Source of the DNA: Phoronis australis
Taxonomy: Eukaryota > Animalia > Phoronida
Assembly (NCBI GenBank): GCA_002633005.1
Contig: NMRA01000184.1
Location: forward strand, 251,255-315,254
Length of the DNA stretch: 64,000 nt
Direction of reading: 5' to 3'
The notes below the pieces were generated by a model that was given only the letters and a program-made list of their open reading frames with translations, did not search any database and was not told the origin of the DNA. A program made the position numbers and the translations under genes. Numbering within the stretch: position 1 is the stretch's first letter; the number at the start of each line of letters is the position of its first letter. This document shows positions 23,611 to 36,883 of this stretch, piece after piece.

Positions 23611-26517
23611 ATGGTACTCATGTATATGATTCTGATAGCGATACCACTTCTATTAGTCAACTCTTCACAATTAAATCATCCCTGGAACAATTCACGTGGC
23701 AGGACATATGAAGACCAGCTTGAGCACTCGGAAGAACCCAGACAACGAAAAGTTGGAAGTAAACCTGGTTTGCATGAACTCCAGGCAACAAACGTTAAGA
23801 GGAAAGGTTTAGCGTATGGTTTACTAGACTCTCAGAGTTTTATTACTTCGTGGTGCTTAGCAAAACACACGATTGGCTGGACAGAATACGAAGCCGACGG
23901 GTGCAAAGAAAGTGGACTGGTCTCAAAAGATTATTGCTATCCTAGAGGTTATGTCTTTCAGTGTTTGTTTCGGAAGATTCCAAAAGACGATACCTTATCC
24001 TACATAGTGACAAGTCTGTACTTGCATACACTTTTGAACCAGTACCGAATACTTCCAAATAGCTTTGCACATTTCAGAAGTCTGCGCAATTTGGAAATCA
24101 ATCTTTCAAGAAAACGTGTGCTTTATGCTGAACCAAGGGGTTTCGCTGGCCTTTGGCGGCTCGAAGGTCTATCACTTAGCGCAAAGTTCAAAAATTTCTC
24201 ATTGGACGTATTCGACGACGTCAGTGGCTTGCTGTTACTTCGTGTCAGCCACACTGACTTCAACAGTGAGTTTCAACTCAATGGAACTGATTTATTCCGA
24301 CGGCTGCCCGTCCTCGTGCAAGCATTCCTCTGGAACGTACGCGTGACGGAGGTAGCGTTTGAAAAACTGCCTCCTTTCAGTAACATGATTCGCCTGACCC
24401 TTCAGTATAACGGCCTTGAAGAAATGCCCGATATTTCAACGATGGGCCTTCTGGAGTACTTCAGTTTAGAATACAACTCAATAAGATCCATAAAATTGCC
24501 AAAACCATCTTCACAACACCATCTTGCTGTCCACCTGGGGAGCAATCCAATTAGACGACTGTCCAGAGAAGAACTTGCCAGTTACCGTCAAATTAGAAAT
24601 CTGTCTTTGATATTAGATGGATCGGGGGAAATTTACATTGATCATAAGGCCTTCTCCGACTTAACGAACACAACACTGTCACGACTTTCTCTGGCATCTA
24701 AACAGCTGATGAACGATTCTTTCAGTAATTTGTTTTTAAGTCTTTCCGATATAAGAACTATGCATTTAGATTTATCAAAAACAACTGATCTTGCGGAAGT
24801 CTTCGACTTGAGTTCAATGACGCGCTTCTTCAAAAACAAGTATTTAATAACAATTAACTTGAATTACAACCTAATAATTAAAGTGCCAAATCACGTTTTA
24901 AGAAATACTCCCAACCTTGAATGGCTCTCATTTCAAGACTGCGCAATCAGGCAAATACAGCCACTTGCTTTCGACTTTTTACCGAAACTTCGTCACCTAA
25001 ATTTGCAAGGCAATCCCGTTATTCAGATTGATGCACTCAAACGTTTGCCAAACATAGAAATATTTTTACTTGGATCTTTTACATTAATCCCCGCTAGCAA
25101 AATCGAAGTTGACTCCAAACAAATAAATTACGTTTATATACCAAAAATAACAAACTTGGATATACGTCAAGTCACATTAGACATTTCATCAGAGAAAATA
25201 AAGTCTATTCCAGAAGGTTTAGATGAAATTACAAATTCCATAATATCTTTACAAAACACGATCCAGCTTCAGTCTCTTACTTTGATCGATATCCCAAATG
25301 GTGGTGTAGATATCGAGTTCAAAGAAACACATGAATTACGTTTTGTGAATCTTGATAATGCAGACACAAGCGTCCGGCTATTCTTTCAAAGAAAATATCG
25401 ACAAGATTTGTCCTTCCCTAAACTTGAACAGCTGATAGTAAAAAACGTCGCTAACTGAACTGTTGCTCGACAAAACAGCATAGCTGAGATGCTGAAGGGA
25501 ATGCCCATTCTAACAACATTAGAAGTGTCAAAAGTCCCTATATTCAACTTACCGGAAAAATATTTCAAGTATTCTAAACGACTTACAGCCATTAAATTGA
25601 CTAACAATCAGTTAACGTACATAGCATCAGGTACTTTAAATCGATTGAAAAATTTACGCGACGTTGACTTGTCAGGCAATAAAATCCAGACCATCGAAGT
25701 CGACAACTTCAAGGGTCTTCCTTTTTTATTCAGTCTCTTTTACGAAAAGAATAGTTTCAAATGTGATTGTTCGTTGCGAGCCTTCAGAGACTGGGTAGTG
25801 AATAATTCACGACATATCGTATTCAACAAGGAGACATGTTCTTCACCACAAGCGCTTTCACATACTTTGATCACACGGTACGAGGAAGCTTGGATTGACT
25901 GTGATAATCATAAGACACTTGTAGTTGCCGTGGTCATCGTTGGAGTATTGATGGTAGTGCTACTAGTTGCTGTGCTTGTGGGTTACAACAGCCTAAGTCT
26001 GAGATACTTTTACCATCGAATGAAACTTAGACGCAATGGCTACCAAAACATCCCCGGAAATGAAGGACAGTTGTACGACGCTTTTATCTGTTACAGCGAG
26101 AAAGATCTTGATTGGGTAATTGGTACCTTGCTTGAAAATCTGCGTGACCAAAGGCTTAACTTAGGTCTTCATCATAAAAATTTTCTTCCTGGAGAGACCA
26201 TTGCTGATAATATCATTCGGTGTATCGACAACAGCAGAAAGATTGTATTTGTTATTACAGAAAACTTCTTGCAAAGCGAGTGGTCCAACTTTGAAATAAA
26301 CATGGCTCTTGGGAAACTATTGAAAGTCAGACGGACGCGCATCATTGGGATTTTCTTGGAAGACATTCTAGACAAACACCTGCCGAAAAAGCTACGGTCT
26401 CTGAATAACTATGTGACATATATCAAGTGGTCTGCTAAAGAAAAAGACCAAGAACGGTTTTGGATGAAGTTAAAGCTAGCGTTAAGAGTTAAAAACGGAG
26501 ATGAAAATGCTGTGTGA
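23611..26517 (+). CDS. Toll-like receptor (signal peptide-LRRs-LRRCT-TM-TIR), intronless CDS with one in-frame TGA at 25456-25458 (null allele or young pseudogene possible)
   Basis: ORFs 23611-25458 and 25489-26517 are in the same frame; signal peptide, many LxxLxLxxN repeats, NSFKCDC..C LRRCT, TM LVVAVVIVGVLMVVLLVAVLVGY, TIR boxes YDAFICYS, LHHKNFLPG, FW. Confidence 0.92.
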
Positions 26518-26845
26518 ACGTTTCCAAAGCAACTCTGATCTTATTTGGTATCATTTTGATAACCTTAGTAATAAGTAAGAAAAATCACCTTTTATTATAT
26601 GGTTGCCACAATTTAAGTTAGGTACAACTGTGATATTCTAATAGCCTACTTCAAAATATGTTACTGATTCTATTTTTAAATGTTGGAGTAACCGGTTGAA
26701 TTTCTTCGCTATGGCGAGCTTTTTGCTTCTCTTTTGGTCAATACGTTATTCCTTCAATTCCGCATGATTTCCCCTATGTTTTCGTTATTTGTGTGTTATT
26801 GCTCATTATTGTGTTTTAACTCAAAATAATTCATCGTTATGTATA

Positions 26846-28416
26846 TCAGGTGTCCAAAAATGTGAGCCACTTTTTGACAAGTAATTTCCCAGCAACGGTT
26901 AAACCGAATTCTTTCAACTTTCTTACAGTTGAATGTTGGGATATCGTCAACAAATGTCCAAAATATCAAAGAGATCTGTGTCCAATTATGTGAGAACTGT
27001 CAAATTAAATACATTAGATCAAAAAATAAAATATGAAATAGAAGCTTGATTATTTCAGTCTATGCTCAATGTGGCCTCCATCTTCCTCCACGACTAAACG
27101 GAGCCGCTTATTCCAACCAGAAATGCTTTTGCGTATTTCTTCCATCGCGATTTCATCCCATGACATAATTATCCTGTCTTTTAACTCCTGCTCAGTCAAT
27201 TTGTCTCTCATTCTCCGGTAAACTTTCTTCTTCAGAGAGTCCCATTTGACATAGTCTACTGAATTGCAGTCATGACTGAGCAGAGACCACTCATCATTTT
27301 TGATGAATTTTGATGTGGCCTCCTCCAGATGAGCCTGGGTTATCTTGCTCGTGAGTGAAGCATCCCCATCTAGCTGAAACACGTAATTGTTTCCAGGATA
27401 AAGTCGCCTGCAATCCGGGAGAAGATTTTCATCCAATATCTGCATGTAGCTTTGACTGTTAACTTAGGCTCTATCTGTGACAATAGAATGAATATTTGTT
27501 TTTCCTTTCAAAGATACTCCAGTTGGGAAACTATTTACTTTTGTGCAAAATTTTGAGGTCTCATGACAGAGCCTAGAAGGCTGAATATCCCGTTTTTGTT
27601 TCCCATAAACACGATCGCTGTGGCGATTTTGAACGATTTCTAGCGTAAAGACTTTTTCATCAGTGAAAATGATTCTCTTCGCATCTGTGTCTTAATAGGG
27701 GTCATGCAAGTATCGGCATCGAGTTTTCTTTTCATTTTGATATCTCCGTGATACCCACTTTCTTTTAAAGGGTTTTAGCTCTATTTTTTTCGCCATTATT
27801 TGCACAGAAGACTTGCCGGCTCACCTGTAAATCGACTTCTCTCAGAGATTTGCAATTCCCTGGGTTGTTCTGGGATTGAATCAGTTCCACAAGACCATCG
27901 TCGTTTTCTTTCGACTGCCACTTTTACGCGCAGCAGACCCTGTGTTGCGTATTTTAGCAATAACTAAGTCTTTTTACAGTGGCGCGACACCACCCTTTTC
28001 CTAGGAACTCCCTTACAGTTCTTCTTCCGCCCCACCTTTCTACTTCAAAAAGGTTTCAATAGTAAATGTAGAACTTTTGCTCAAAAGCATTTTGACAAAC
28101 TCGAATATTGGACAGCATTGATTTGGGTACAGATCTGACAGTAAAAAGAAACAACAGACCTGAGACCCAACCAGGCAATTTTTTTTTGACTGACAGATGT
28201 CAGAACTGCACGAACACGATGAAATTCACAGTGACATTGCATTTTAATCCTGCTCTGTTGAATTTCACAGCACTTATATCATTCTTATATTTCTCTGAGA
28301 TACTTTATAGACTTGTTGATGACACCCTGGAGATACATTGTCAAAAATTTGAACGAATTGCGTTGGTCAATTGCTGAGAAATTTTCAAAAAGTGGCTCAC
28401 TTTTTGGGACACCTGA
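26846..28416 (-). mobile_element. Tc1/mariner DD37D (maT) transposon, full-length but degraded
   Basis: TA flanks; TIR tcaggtgtcc..gtgagccactttttga at both ends, imperfect to ~130 bp; transposase IIFTDEKVF ... FQLDG-(37 aa)-DY, frameshifted. Confidence 0.9.
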
Positions 28417-28698
28417 TATTAAACCCTAGATGCAGTAATTCGTTTTCTGGGCTTACTCTTTGTACTGTTATTGTATGGTCTTATACTGGTGCTGCAATAA
28501 TAAACAATAACTCCTATCGTATACAATGTTCATTTGTTAGGGCTAGTCCCCATTCATACATTACCAATTCAGACGACGGCTGTTCGTGGCAGTTCGGCCT
28601 CCGCCAAGAACTGTGTCCAAGTAACTGACGGCAAAAACCCTAGATTGTGGAAACGCTGCAGTAACGCGATGTATGTCAGTGAAATCTCGGAAGGCCAC

Positions 28699-31600
28699 TT
28701 TTTGGGCATGAAAACGTAACTAATTTTCTTTAGTGCCACAGTGCTCTATGGGTATCCTCATACTTGCAAATGGCCGGCTGGCAGATTCGCTCTGGTGGGT
28801 GTGGTCAGGGGAGCCAAGAGAATGACACTCAAAAATTGAGCTAGATCAACTTTTCTGGTAACCACTTAAAACTATCTTCGATACCTACTAGTACGTAACC
28901 TACTATATCAAAATTGGTCACTACCAGACAATTTCAGCGGTAGAGAGTATCAGCCAGACGATTACAAACAGGGTAAAAATATTAAACTGGATCAATCCAA
29001 GAGGCAACCGCATGAAACCAGTTGCAAAAATATTCACCGTAAGCCCACGTATCACGAATAAAGACTGCCAGATAAATCTAGTGGTGGGTTAGCCCCGCCA
29101 GACACGCCCAAATATCCGAGTTGGGCTAGATCAACCCACCGTTTGAAACCAATTGCACGATGTTCACCATTACTGCACATGGTAAAACAGTAAGGTGCCC
29201 CTGCCAGACGATCATAAAAAGGGATAAAATTTGAACTAAATCAACCCAAGAAGTAACCGTATGAAAACAGTAGCAAATATTCTACGTAAGCCCATGTATC
29301 GTGAATAAACACTGCCAGGCAAATCTAATTGTGGGTTAGCCCTGCCAGGAACAACCAAATATCTGAGTTGAGCAAGATTTACCCGCCAGGTAACCATTTG
29401 AAATCATTTGCACTATGTCCAGCAACACTCCACATGCAACAAAAGGTACCTTACAGACAATTTGAGCGGTGGGGCAGTAGCATGCAGAGGTTTGGTCGAT
29501 GCCAGGTGACTTTATTGAATGCCCCTCTCTCTGTACTTAAATGCATATATCCTAGTAATAATAAAAATAAAAGGTGAACCATAAATTAAAGTCTTTGTTT
29601 AATTCAACTGCAAATCAGTCACGATTTGAAAAAAGATTATACATAGTGTTTGGATACCCCCTCCCCAATGTGGATGCCAGGGCCGTCGCCACGATGACTG
29701 AGTACCACATACAACATGTATGAATAATTAAATTGAACATGTTTTATTTGCACTATGAAGTCATAAAGCGAGCAGCTATATTGCCGGAATATCTGTGTCG
29801 AGCAAATGAAATGGTTGCCAATCGAACTAAACTGAAAAACTATCAGGACTCGTTATTCCCACGAACTGCGAATAGCAAGTTCGCAACACGAACAGAGTGT
29901 TTTGTCTACGTTACAGCTTTGATAGTTTCCACGCAATCTAACACGACCACATGAACCCTATGTCAGGTGCCGTAGAGGTCAGTGTTTTCAGCCTTTTTAG
30001 AGAACACCATAACAAACATAAAAATGAAAAGAGACTTATCGCTGTAACCAATATTCATCTGGATTCCAATGAGCCAACTTATTCACTGTGCATGTTTTAG
30101 TCAAGTCCAAAGTGCCGTAATTAATACTCTTCACCGGAGTCGGAATCTTCACTCCATGGTTCATCTTCGGAATCTAACAGCTCTACAGGCGAACAATCTC
30201 TAATGATGGTTGCTTCATTACCAAGGTTACTGTTGTTGACTTCTGCATTCGAACTGAACAATATGTCAGGGAGAACAGACCCCTCAAACCAAAGTGGCAT
30301 TAACGTGTGAGTTTCAGTTGCATGACGACCATAACCAGCAGTGCTGTAGTGGTAAAATTAGAGGTAAATAGGCGCCCAAATCCCACCGTATCACCTTTTA
30401 AGCACTGAACGTAACTTACGGGACGTAGGCGCTACGTTCAGATGCGAAAAGGTGGTTGGCTGCGCCTAAGTGCGCCTACGCCCCACTACAGCACTGATAA
30501 CCAGTTGGTGTCAGTCCATCCCCAGGCTATGCTGTCACGGCACGGGTCCACAGTGCTGTAACGTACAGAGTTCGGCGAATCTTCATATGCAGGTTATGAA
30601 GACAAGGTGGGAGCAACGCGCAGTCAATTCGTTTTACATTTGCAAGTGGATTCTCCTGAAAGAAAATTAATAAATATCAGCATAGGTGACTTTGATTGTA
30701 GTTATACAACATCAGATCGAACAGTCATATTGTTTACAGGTTATCGCTACATACCTCAGCAACTCTGCCAGTCATGTTCATTGGCGAACCGGGCCTCGTT
30801 AACATCTTTGAGCTTGCTTTATGCGTACATGTGACACACGAATTCAGTGACTAAACGGGCATTGATGCTGCCATGCACATCTCCAAAAGTAATATATTGC
30901 TGAAGTTTTCATCATTTTCAGCAATGTCCAAAGGCTTGACTTCTCCTTTCCTGAAAAAAATAATCAATGGCGCAAGACTAATTCATAATCGAAACCTTTT
31001 TAATTTAAAGGAGACAATCATGACACGTTACTTGGACTTCATTTACATGGCAGACGTAATCACAGCCAATTGAAATAATTCAATTCGCATCAATATTGCA
31101 ATTATCAAAATTTCGATAACATACCTATAAAAGGCAGATGTGTAGTCACATCGAGTGAAGGCATGGCGTCCAGGCATTCTCTGGCAAGTTCGTATTAGCG
31201 CTCTTCAAGAACATTTGCTATGTTGGAGATGTTGATGAATCTCCTGATATTGGCCATCCCACAGTCCATGACAACGTTGGTCGTGGATCGTATTTTTCGC
31301 CGCTGTTGTTCAAGTATACCAATCAAGATTACCAAAACATCTGTGTCCTAATATCTCTACTAAAGTTACATTATTATTGACTGGCAGTCTTAACTTTGAT
31401 CTTGTTCTCAATGAATTCCTCTTAAGCAACGTTAGCAAATTTTTTATGTACCGCTTATAAATATTGTTGCTTCTGATTTCCATGCATGAATCTGTACATG
31501 TTTATGTTTTTATATGTTCGCAATAGCATATCTAAATGGAATACTTATATTAAATACTACTTAAGTATATATACCTCTATGTATATTACTTTCATTTATG

Positions 31601-34600
31601 AATTGTNTGTTGTTCAAGTATACCAATCAAGATTACCAAAACATCTGTGTCCTAATATCTCTACTAAAGTTACATTATTATTGACTGGCAGTCTTAACTT
31701 TGATCTTGTTCTCAATGAATTCCTCTTAAGCAACGTTAGCAAATTTTTTATGTACCGCTTATAAATATTGTTGCTTCTGATTTCCATGCATGAATCTGTA
31801 CATGTTTATGTTTTTATATGTTCGCAATAGCATATCTAAATGGAATACTTACATTAAATACATTAAATACTACTTAAGTATATATACCTCTATGTATATT
31901 ACTTTCATTTATGAATTGTCTACAACCCAGATATAATGCTTCGCGATTTCTGAGTTTGTCATTATTTCTTTGTAAAACATCTGTATCCGAAGCCCTCACT
32001 ATCACATGGCCGATAGGGATGTTTGTGACTTGGAACGCAATCAACGTGTCCGCTTCGTCGTGGTCGCCTTGGAGATGGGCAGGTATTGTCACCATGATGG
32101 GCTGGTTATCGTCGGGAAAGAACTGGTAGCAGTCACCATCGTGGGAAACAAACAGGGTTTTCCCACCAAACACATACCAGTTCATTCTTAAACGCGGTGT
32201 TGCTAAGAAGTGTTTAAAAGCTCTGTCGCATAGGTTGATCAGGCCCTGTTATGGCATACATATGTTTCCGTTCACTGTCCTTGATTGAGTTTTCAACACA
32301 CTTGTCCCCGGGCAGACCACTGATAACACTGATACGTAAGTTGCGCCCTTTCTCATCTGTGAGATTACTGAATGTAGAAGAAGTCCGCCATCAAAAACCC
32401 TCACGTAGGCTGTAGAAAGCCGCCATCTGTTATAGGTTCTGCCTGTCCGAGAGCAAGTTTTTTCAACAAAGCAGACTTTTCGGATTTCCGAGCCCTCTAT
32501 CGCAGTGAGCCAGTGATAATGGATAAGGTGTGACTTGATGTGAGAGAAGTTTTCGGAGGTTTAAGTCTCGGCTACAACTACGATTATGCGTATGAAGAAA
32601 TCCTTGAGGCTCTCAGCGGTTGTCTCGTTTCTCTGTGATGCCGATGACTTGGCTTTCTTCTTCACGCTATCAGCAGCAAACTTTTGGACAGCTACACGTT
32701 TCACTGGTCGCAAAAACCTATTGCTGTCGTTTTCCCATTCGCGTTGGATTTTTCGCTCGCATCATGGCCTCGAATCAACATATTGATCATGTAGTCTTCC
32801 GTTGTTTGGAATGCTCGGCTAACGTTAAGCTGCTGGCCCGCAAACGCAACCTCGAGCAGACTGCATCCCAACTGGCTGAGTTCAATGATGGCAGCCGACT
32901 GCTCGAAGCCGGTATTATTTATGGCCATGCTGCGAAGAGTCACAAGAAGAGCCGTGCCCGAGTGCTGTCGAATCAAATGCTTACAGGCAACGTCAGCCCT
33001 GGAGTTCTGCGCCTTCTGCTGTCACGGGGATAGTCTGGGGAGGGGAATAATGCACCAGCATATCCCCAATGATCCTGTCCGTGACAGGTATTACAGGTAT
33101 TATGTTTGGAATGCTGCTTGGCCAGTCGCTACATCAACCAGACCAGGTGGAGCATCGTCCGTAAGCGGATTACAGAAATTGTCAACTTTCACACTGAGTG
33201 ATGCCATTTGTTCGTTTGAAAGACTGCACTGACTCTTTGCAGTCTCCCAGTGCAAATGTTTTATAAGTTCAGTTACAGCCATTGCCTTATGTGTCATAGA
33301 GAGGGAACATCGACGCATTGCATTCTCGGAGTTGCGGAAAGCCACTATCCCCCCATGCTCGATGCCGCATCCCGGTTTACGGACTGTTCCAACGAGAGGT
33401 CAACAGCCGATCTACTGAAGTTCGTCCTCGTACGTTGCACTGAGAATGCGCCGTTTTTCAGACCTTCGCGTAATATTGGGTTTGGGAATTTCAACTTTTG
33501 GTAAAACAATGATCCCCATCTGGCGAAGTTTGGGCGGTTCAGGGCAAAGAATGCACCTAGCATTGTCGGGAAAATATTGATACAGTCACTGACGTCATTG
33601 TCTTGACGCATCTCTGGAGTTCTCTGTGGGTGCAGTTTATGAGAAAGATGCAGATTGCCCAAAACTGAGCAGTTTTGCCAAATTTGTCATTTTAATTAAA
33701 ATTACTGTGTGAAATTCAAGTATATAGTTGGCGCGCATACATAACACGGACAACAGCAAAAGTCTTCGTTTTCGCAGTTGCATCAAATGAAGAAGTGGAT
33801 TTAGGTAAAATTCATCCGAAAACAGAGGGACATAGTTTAGACTGGTAAAATAAGACTATGAAAAATCGAAATTCATTCAAACACAATGTGCCAACCGTCA
33901 CGGACGAGTTTTTACGTTTTGTTTTTAATATAGTGAATCATGTGGAGTATTACGCTGTTGTCGCATGGACTTGCGACGTCGCTCCAACTTCAGGCGCTAT
34001 GTTTCTGGTTTTCATGCTCTGACGCAAACTTGCGGACAAAAATCTTTTACCTTGTGTAGTGACCTATGTCGTACGGACTCACTGGCTTTATTGAAAATCG
34101 AAGTGCCTGGTTCCTCAATGTGGTGCTTAGTCAGCGCGAATGGGCTTTTGTTTCGACTCTTTATAATTTGTTTGACAGGGGCACCCCATTGCTGAAATTG
34201 TTTGGCATCTAACTGTTGTGCCATGTGCAGTGATGCTGAACATCGTGCAACTGGTTTCAAATGGTTACCTGGTCGGTTGATCTCGCTCAACTCAGGTATT
34301 TGGAGGTGTCTAGAAGGGCTAACCCACCACTAGATTTGTATGCCATGTTTAGTCGTGATACCTGGGCTTACGGAGATTATTTTACAATTGGTTTTATGTG
34401 GTTACCGCACCTCTTGGATTGATCAAGCTCAATTTTCAAATCTTTTTGATAATCGTCTCGCAGGGGCAGCCCACCACTGAAATTGTCTAGCATCTAACTA
34501 TTGTGCCATGTGCAGTGATGCTGGACATCGTGCAACTGGATTCAAACACGTTACTTGGCGAGTTGATCCAGCTCAACTCGGGCATTTGGGCGCGTCTGGC

Positions 34601-34995
34601 GGGGCTAACCCACCAATAGATTTGTCTGGCAGTGTTTATTCGTGACACGTGGGCTCACGGTGAATATTTTACAACTGGTTTCATGCGTTTACCTCTTGGC
34701 CCAGCTCAATATTTTTACCCTGTTTACAACCGTATGGCTGATACCGGTACTCCCCCCCACTGAAATTGTCTGGCAGTGACCAATTTTGATACTGTGGACT
34801 ATATAGTAGGTATCGAAGGTTGTTTTAAATGATTACCAGAAAAGTTAATCAAGCTCAATTTTTGAGTAACATTTTTTGGCTCCCCTGACCACACCCACCA
34901 GGGCGCACCTGCCAGACGACCATTTATAAGCATGAGGATATCCGTAGAGCACTGTGGCACCAAAGAAAATTGGTTACCTTTTCATGACCAAAAAA
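28699..34995 (-). mobile_element. Academ DNA transposon (XPG/FEN1-domain type), internally deleted and degraded
   Basis: ~0.8-kb inverted repeats (28699-29480 / 34170-34995); minus-strand fragments FFALNRPNFARW..FSRSAVDLSLEQSVNR, GDHDEADT, ASDTDVL, HAFTRCDYTSAF, PLWFEG. True ends may be TAG 28641 / CTA 35047. Confidence 0.75.
30339..30496. mobile_element. hAT-type MITE inserted in the Academ ORF
   Basis: Perfect 14-bp TIR CAGTGCTGTAGTGG/CCACTACAGCACTG; perfect 8-bp TSD ATAACCAG. Confidence 0.92.
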
Positions 34996-35904
34996 TCTTT
35001 GGGATCCCAGTCCAATACCAAAGAAGTATTTAATACGGAGCTGTCTATCCTATCACGGAAGCCACGATGTCAACACGACTTCATCCAAAGCTAACACGTT
35101 TCACTGGGATCGGTCATTGTGTGTGATCCTCCCAAATCCGTGCACACACCGGGGATGCCATTTGGCACTGCCTTTGCAGACGGCGGTTCGTTTACTATGC
35201 GTGAACTTGGAATCCTGCTTAATCTCAAGATCGCGTATGCGTGAACTTGAAACTGAATGTGCATTGGGGGCAATCGACTAATTTTTTTGTTCTGTGTGTA
35301 GAATTTTAGTACTGGCCACACGATCACCCATTTTCTCCTGGTACGGAAACGTGTGTTGGAGGAATATGTGAACGGTTAAATCAATAATTGCTTTGTGAAT
35401 AAGATCGTCAATATAGTTGAAAAACGGTTGGTTAAAATTTACTTTGTTTTATCAACATGTAATGTGAATTACTGAAGTGAAAATTTTATCAACCTAAACG
35501 TGATTATTTGAGTGAACTTGTCAAGTTTTCAAGTTCAGGCATACGTGATCTTCTTCGTTGAGATAAAGCAGGATTCCAAGTTCACTCACAGCAGTGGCAC
35601 CGTCTTGAAAATTTGTCCGACCACCCAGGAATGGTACATTAAAGTTTTTTTCATTCTAGGCTCAACTATTCAGAAAACATAGGGGGTAACAAAGCAATTA
35701 TCTTCTCAGCCACGACCATAAACTCCACATGTAAAAGTCAAAAATATTAAAACCAATCGATAACAGTGTTTCGGAGAATAGTGCATAAAGCATAACATCT
35801 GAAAGTTTCATATGAATAGTATTGGCCACTTCTGAGATACAATGTTGCAAAGTTGGTCGAATTTGGACATTTTTCTAGGGTGCTACATAACTTAAACTTC
35901 AAGG

Positions 35905-36883
35905 CTACACTTCATACAGCAATACATATCTAATCAAAACATCAGGAAGAGGTAGTTGTTTCACTTTTGCCTGCATTTTATGACCAACAGATCTCCGTAC
36001 TACCTGGCGAGACAAATTCTTCAGACTTAATGGACTTCTCTGTCGTTCTTTTAACCAATTAATCAAAGTAAACCAAGTTTCTTGCAAATAATCTGGCAAG
36101 TATTTGGATGCCGGCTCCAAATGTTTTATAATATTCTCAGCTGTCCTTAATATTGCCCGAGCCACAGGTTTCTTTTTTATTAGTGTGCCTTGTGACATTC
36201 TCACAATGGCATCCTGGTGCAATCCATGATCGAGAAGAAGTTCAATGCACTGTTGGTAGGAATAAATACTATGTGGTGTATTGAGTATGTGTACAGCGTT
36301 ACCTTCAGCCAGGCTATACACTTTATATATTGGAACCCGCATGCACGATCGCTCATAAACACCATCTGCTCGAGCACCATGGTTGAGAAGAATTCTCACA
36401 AGGTCAGGAGACAGCATTCTGATAGCCCGTTCCAGAGGTAATGGATTTGCTGAAGAAAATGGTCCGTTTTCACGTCCTGCCGAAAAAGACCAATGATTCA
36501 CGTTGACTTTCGGGGCAGTTAAAAGCGCTTCCAACGTGGCCAGCACCAGTGAAAGGTCTCTGCACGCGGCAAACTTATACGGTATCGCCATGAATTCCAG
36601 AAATGTCAGGCTAATTGGTGCAAATCCCAAAGTGGTCACAGCATTCACATCAGCCCCGTGGTGTAACAGCAGCTTCACCATGGGGAAGTCTTTATTGAAA
36701 CATGCAATGTGGAGAGGTGTCCAGTTATCTTCAAGTGAAGCCGTGTTCACACTGGAGCCATGGTCCAGTAGTTTCTTGGTCACTGCGATGTTGCCAGCTC
36801 TCACTGCTGCAAGCACCTCAGACTCTGCTGTGGGTTGAGTTGTCACTTTCACGTGCTCGTTGCTCAGTAGAATGTCCAGGATT
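35905..36883 (-). CDS. Ankyrin repeat and SOCS box protein (ASB-like), last coding exon
   Basis: tttcag|A acceptor (phase 2); ankyrin repeats (WTPLHIAC..LLLHHGADVNA); C-terminal SOCS box PLSLKNLSRQVVRR..LPLPDVLIRYV; TAG stop. Confidence 0.9.

Noticed and set aside
25456-25458. Selenocysteine reading of the TLR UGA
   Set aside because: No SECIS-like AUGA/AA/GA stem seen after 26517, and the position is not a Cys site of an LRR.
28736-28743. CACAGTG (RAG heptamer) in both arms of the large inverted repeat
   Set aside because: It lies ~40 bp inside the repeat rather than at a terminus, no nonamer is evident, and the ORF is Academ-like, not RAG/Transib-like.
31305-31918. ~300-bp near-perfect tandem duplication
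   Set aside because: The copies meet at an N (31607) and differ by little more than a 9-bp indel; probably a contig overlap or haplotype assembly artefact.
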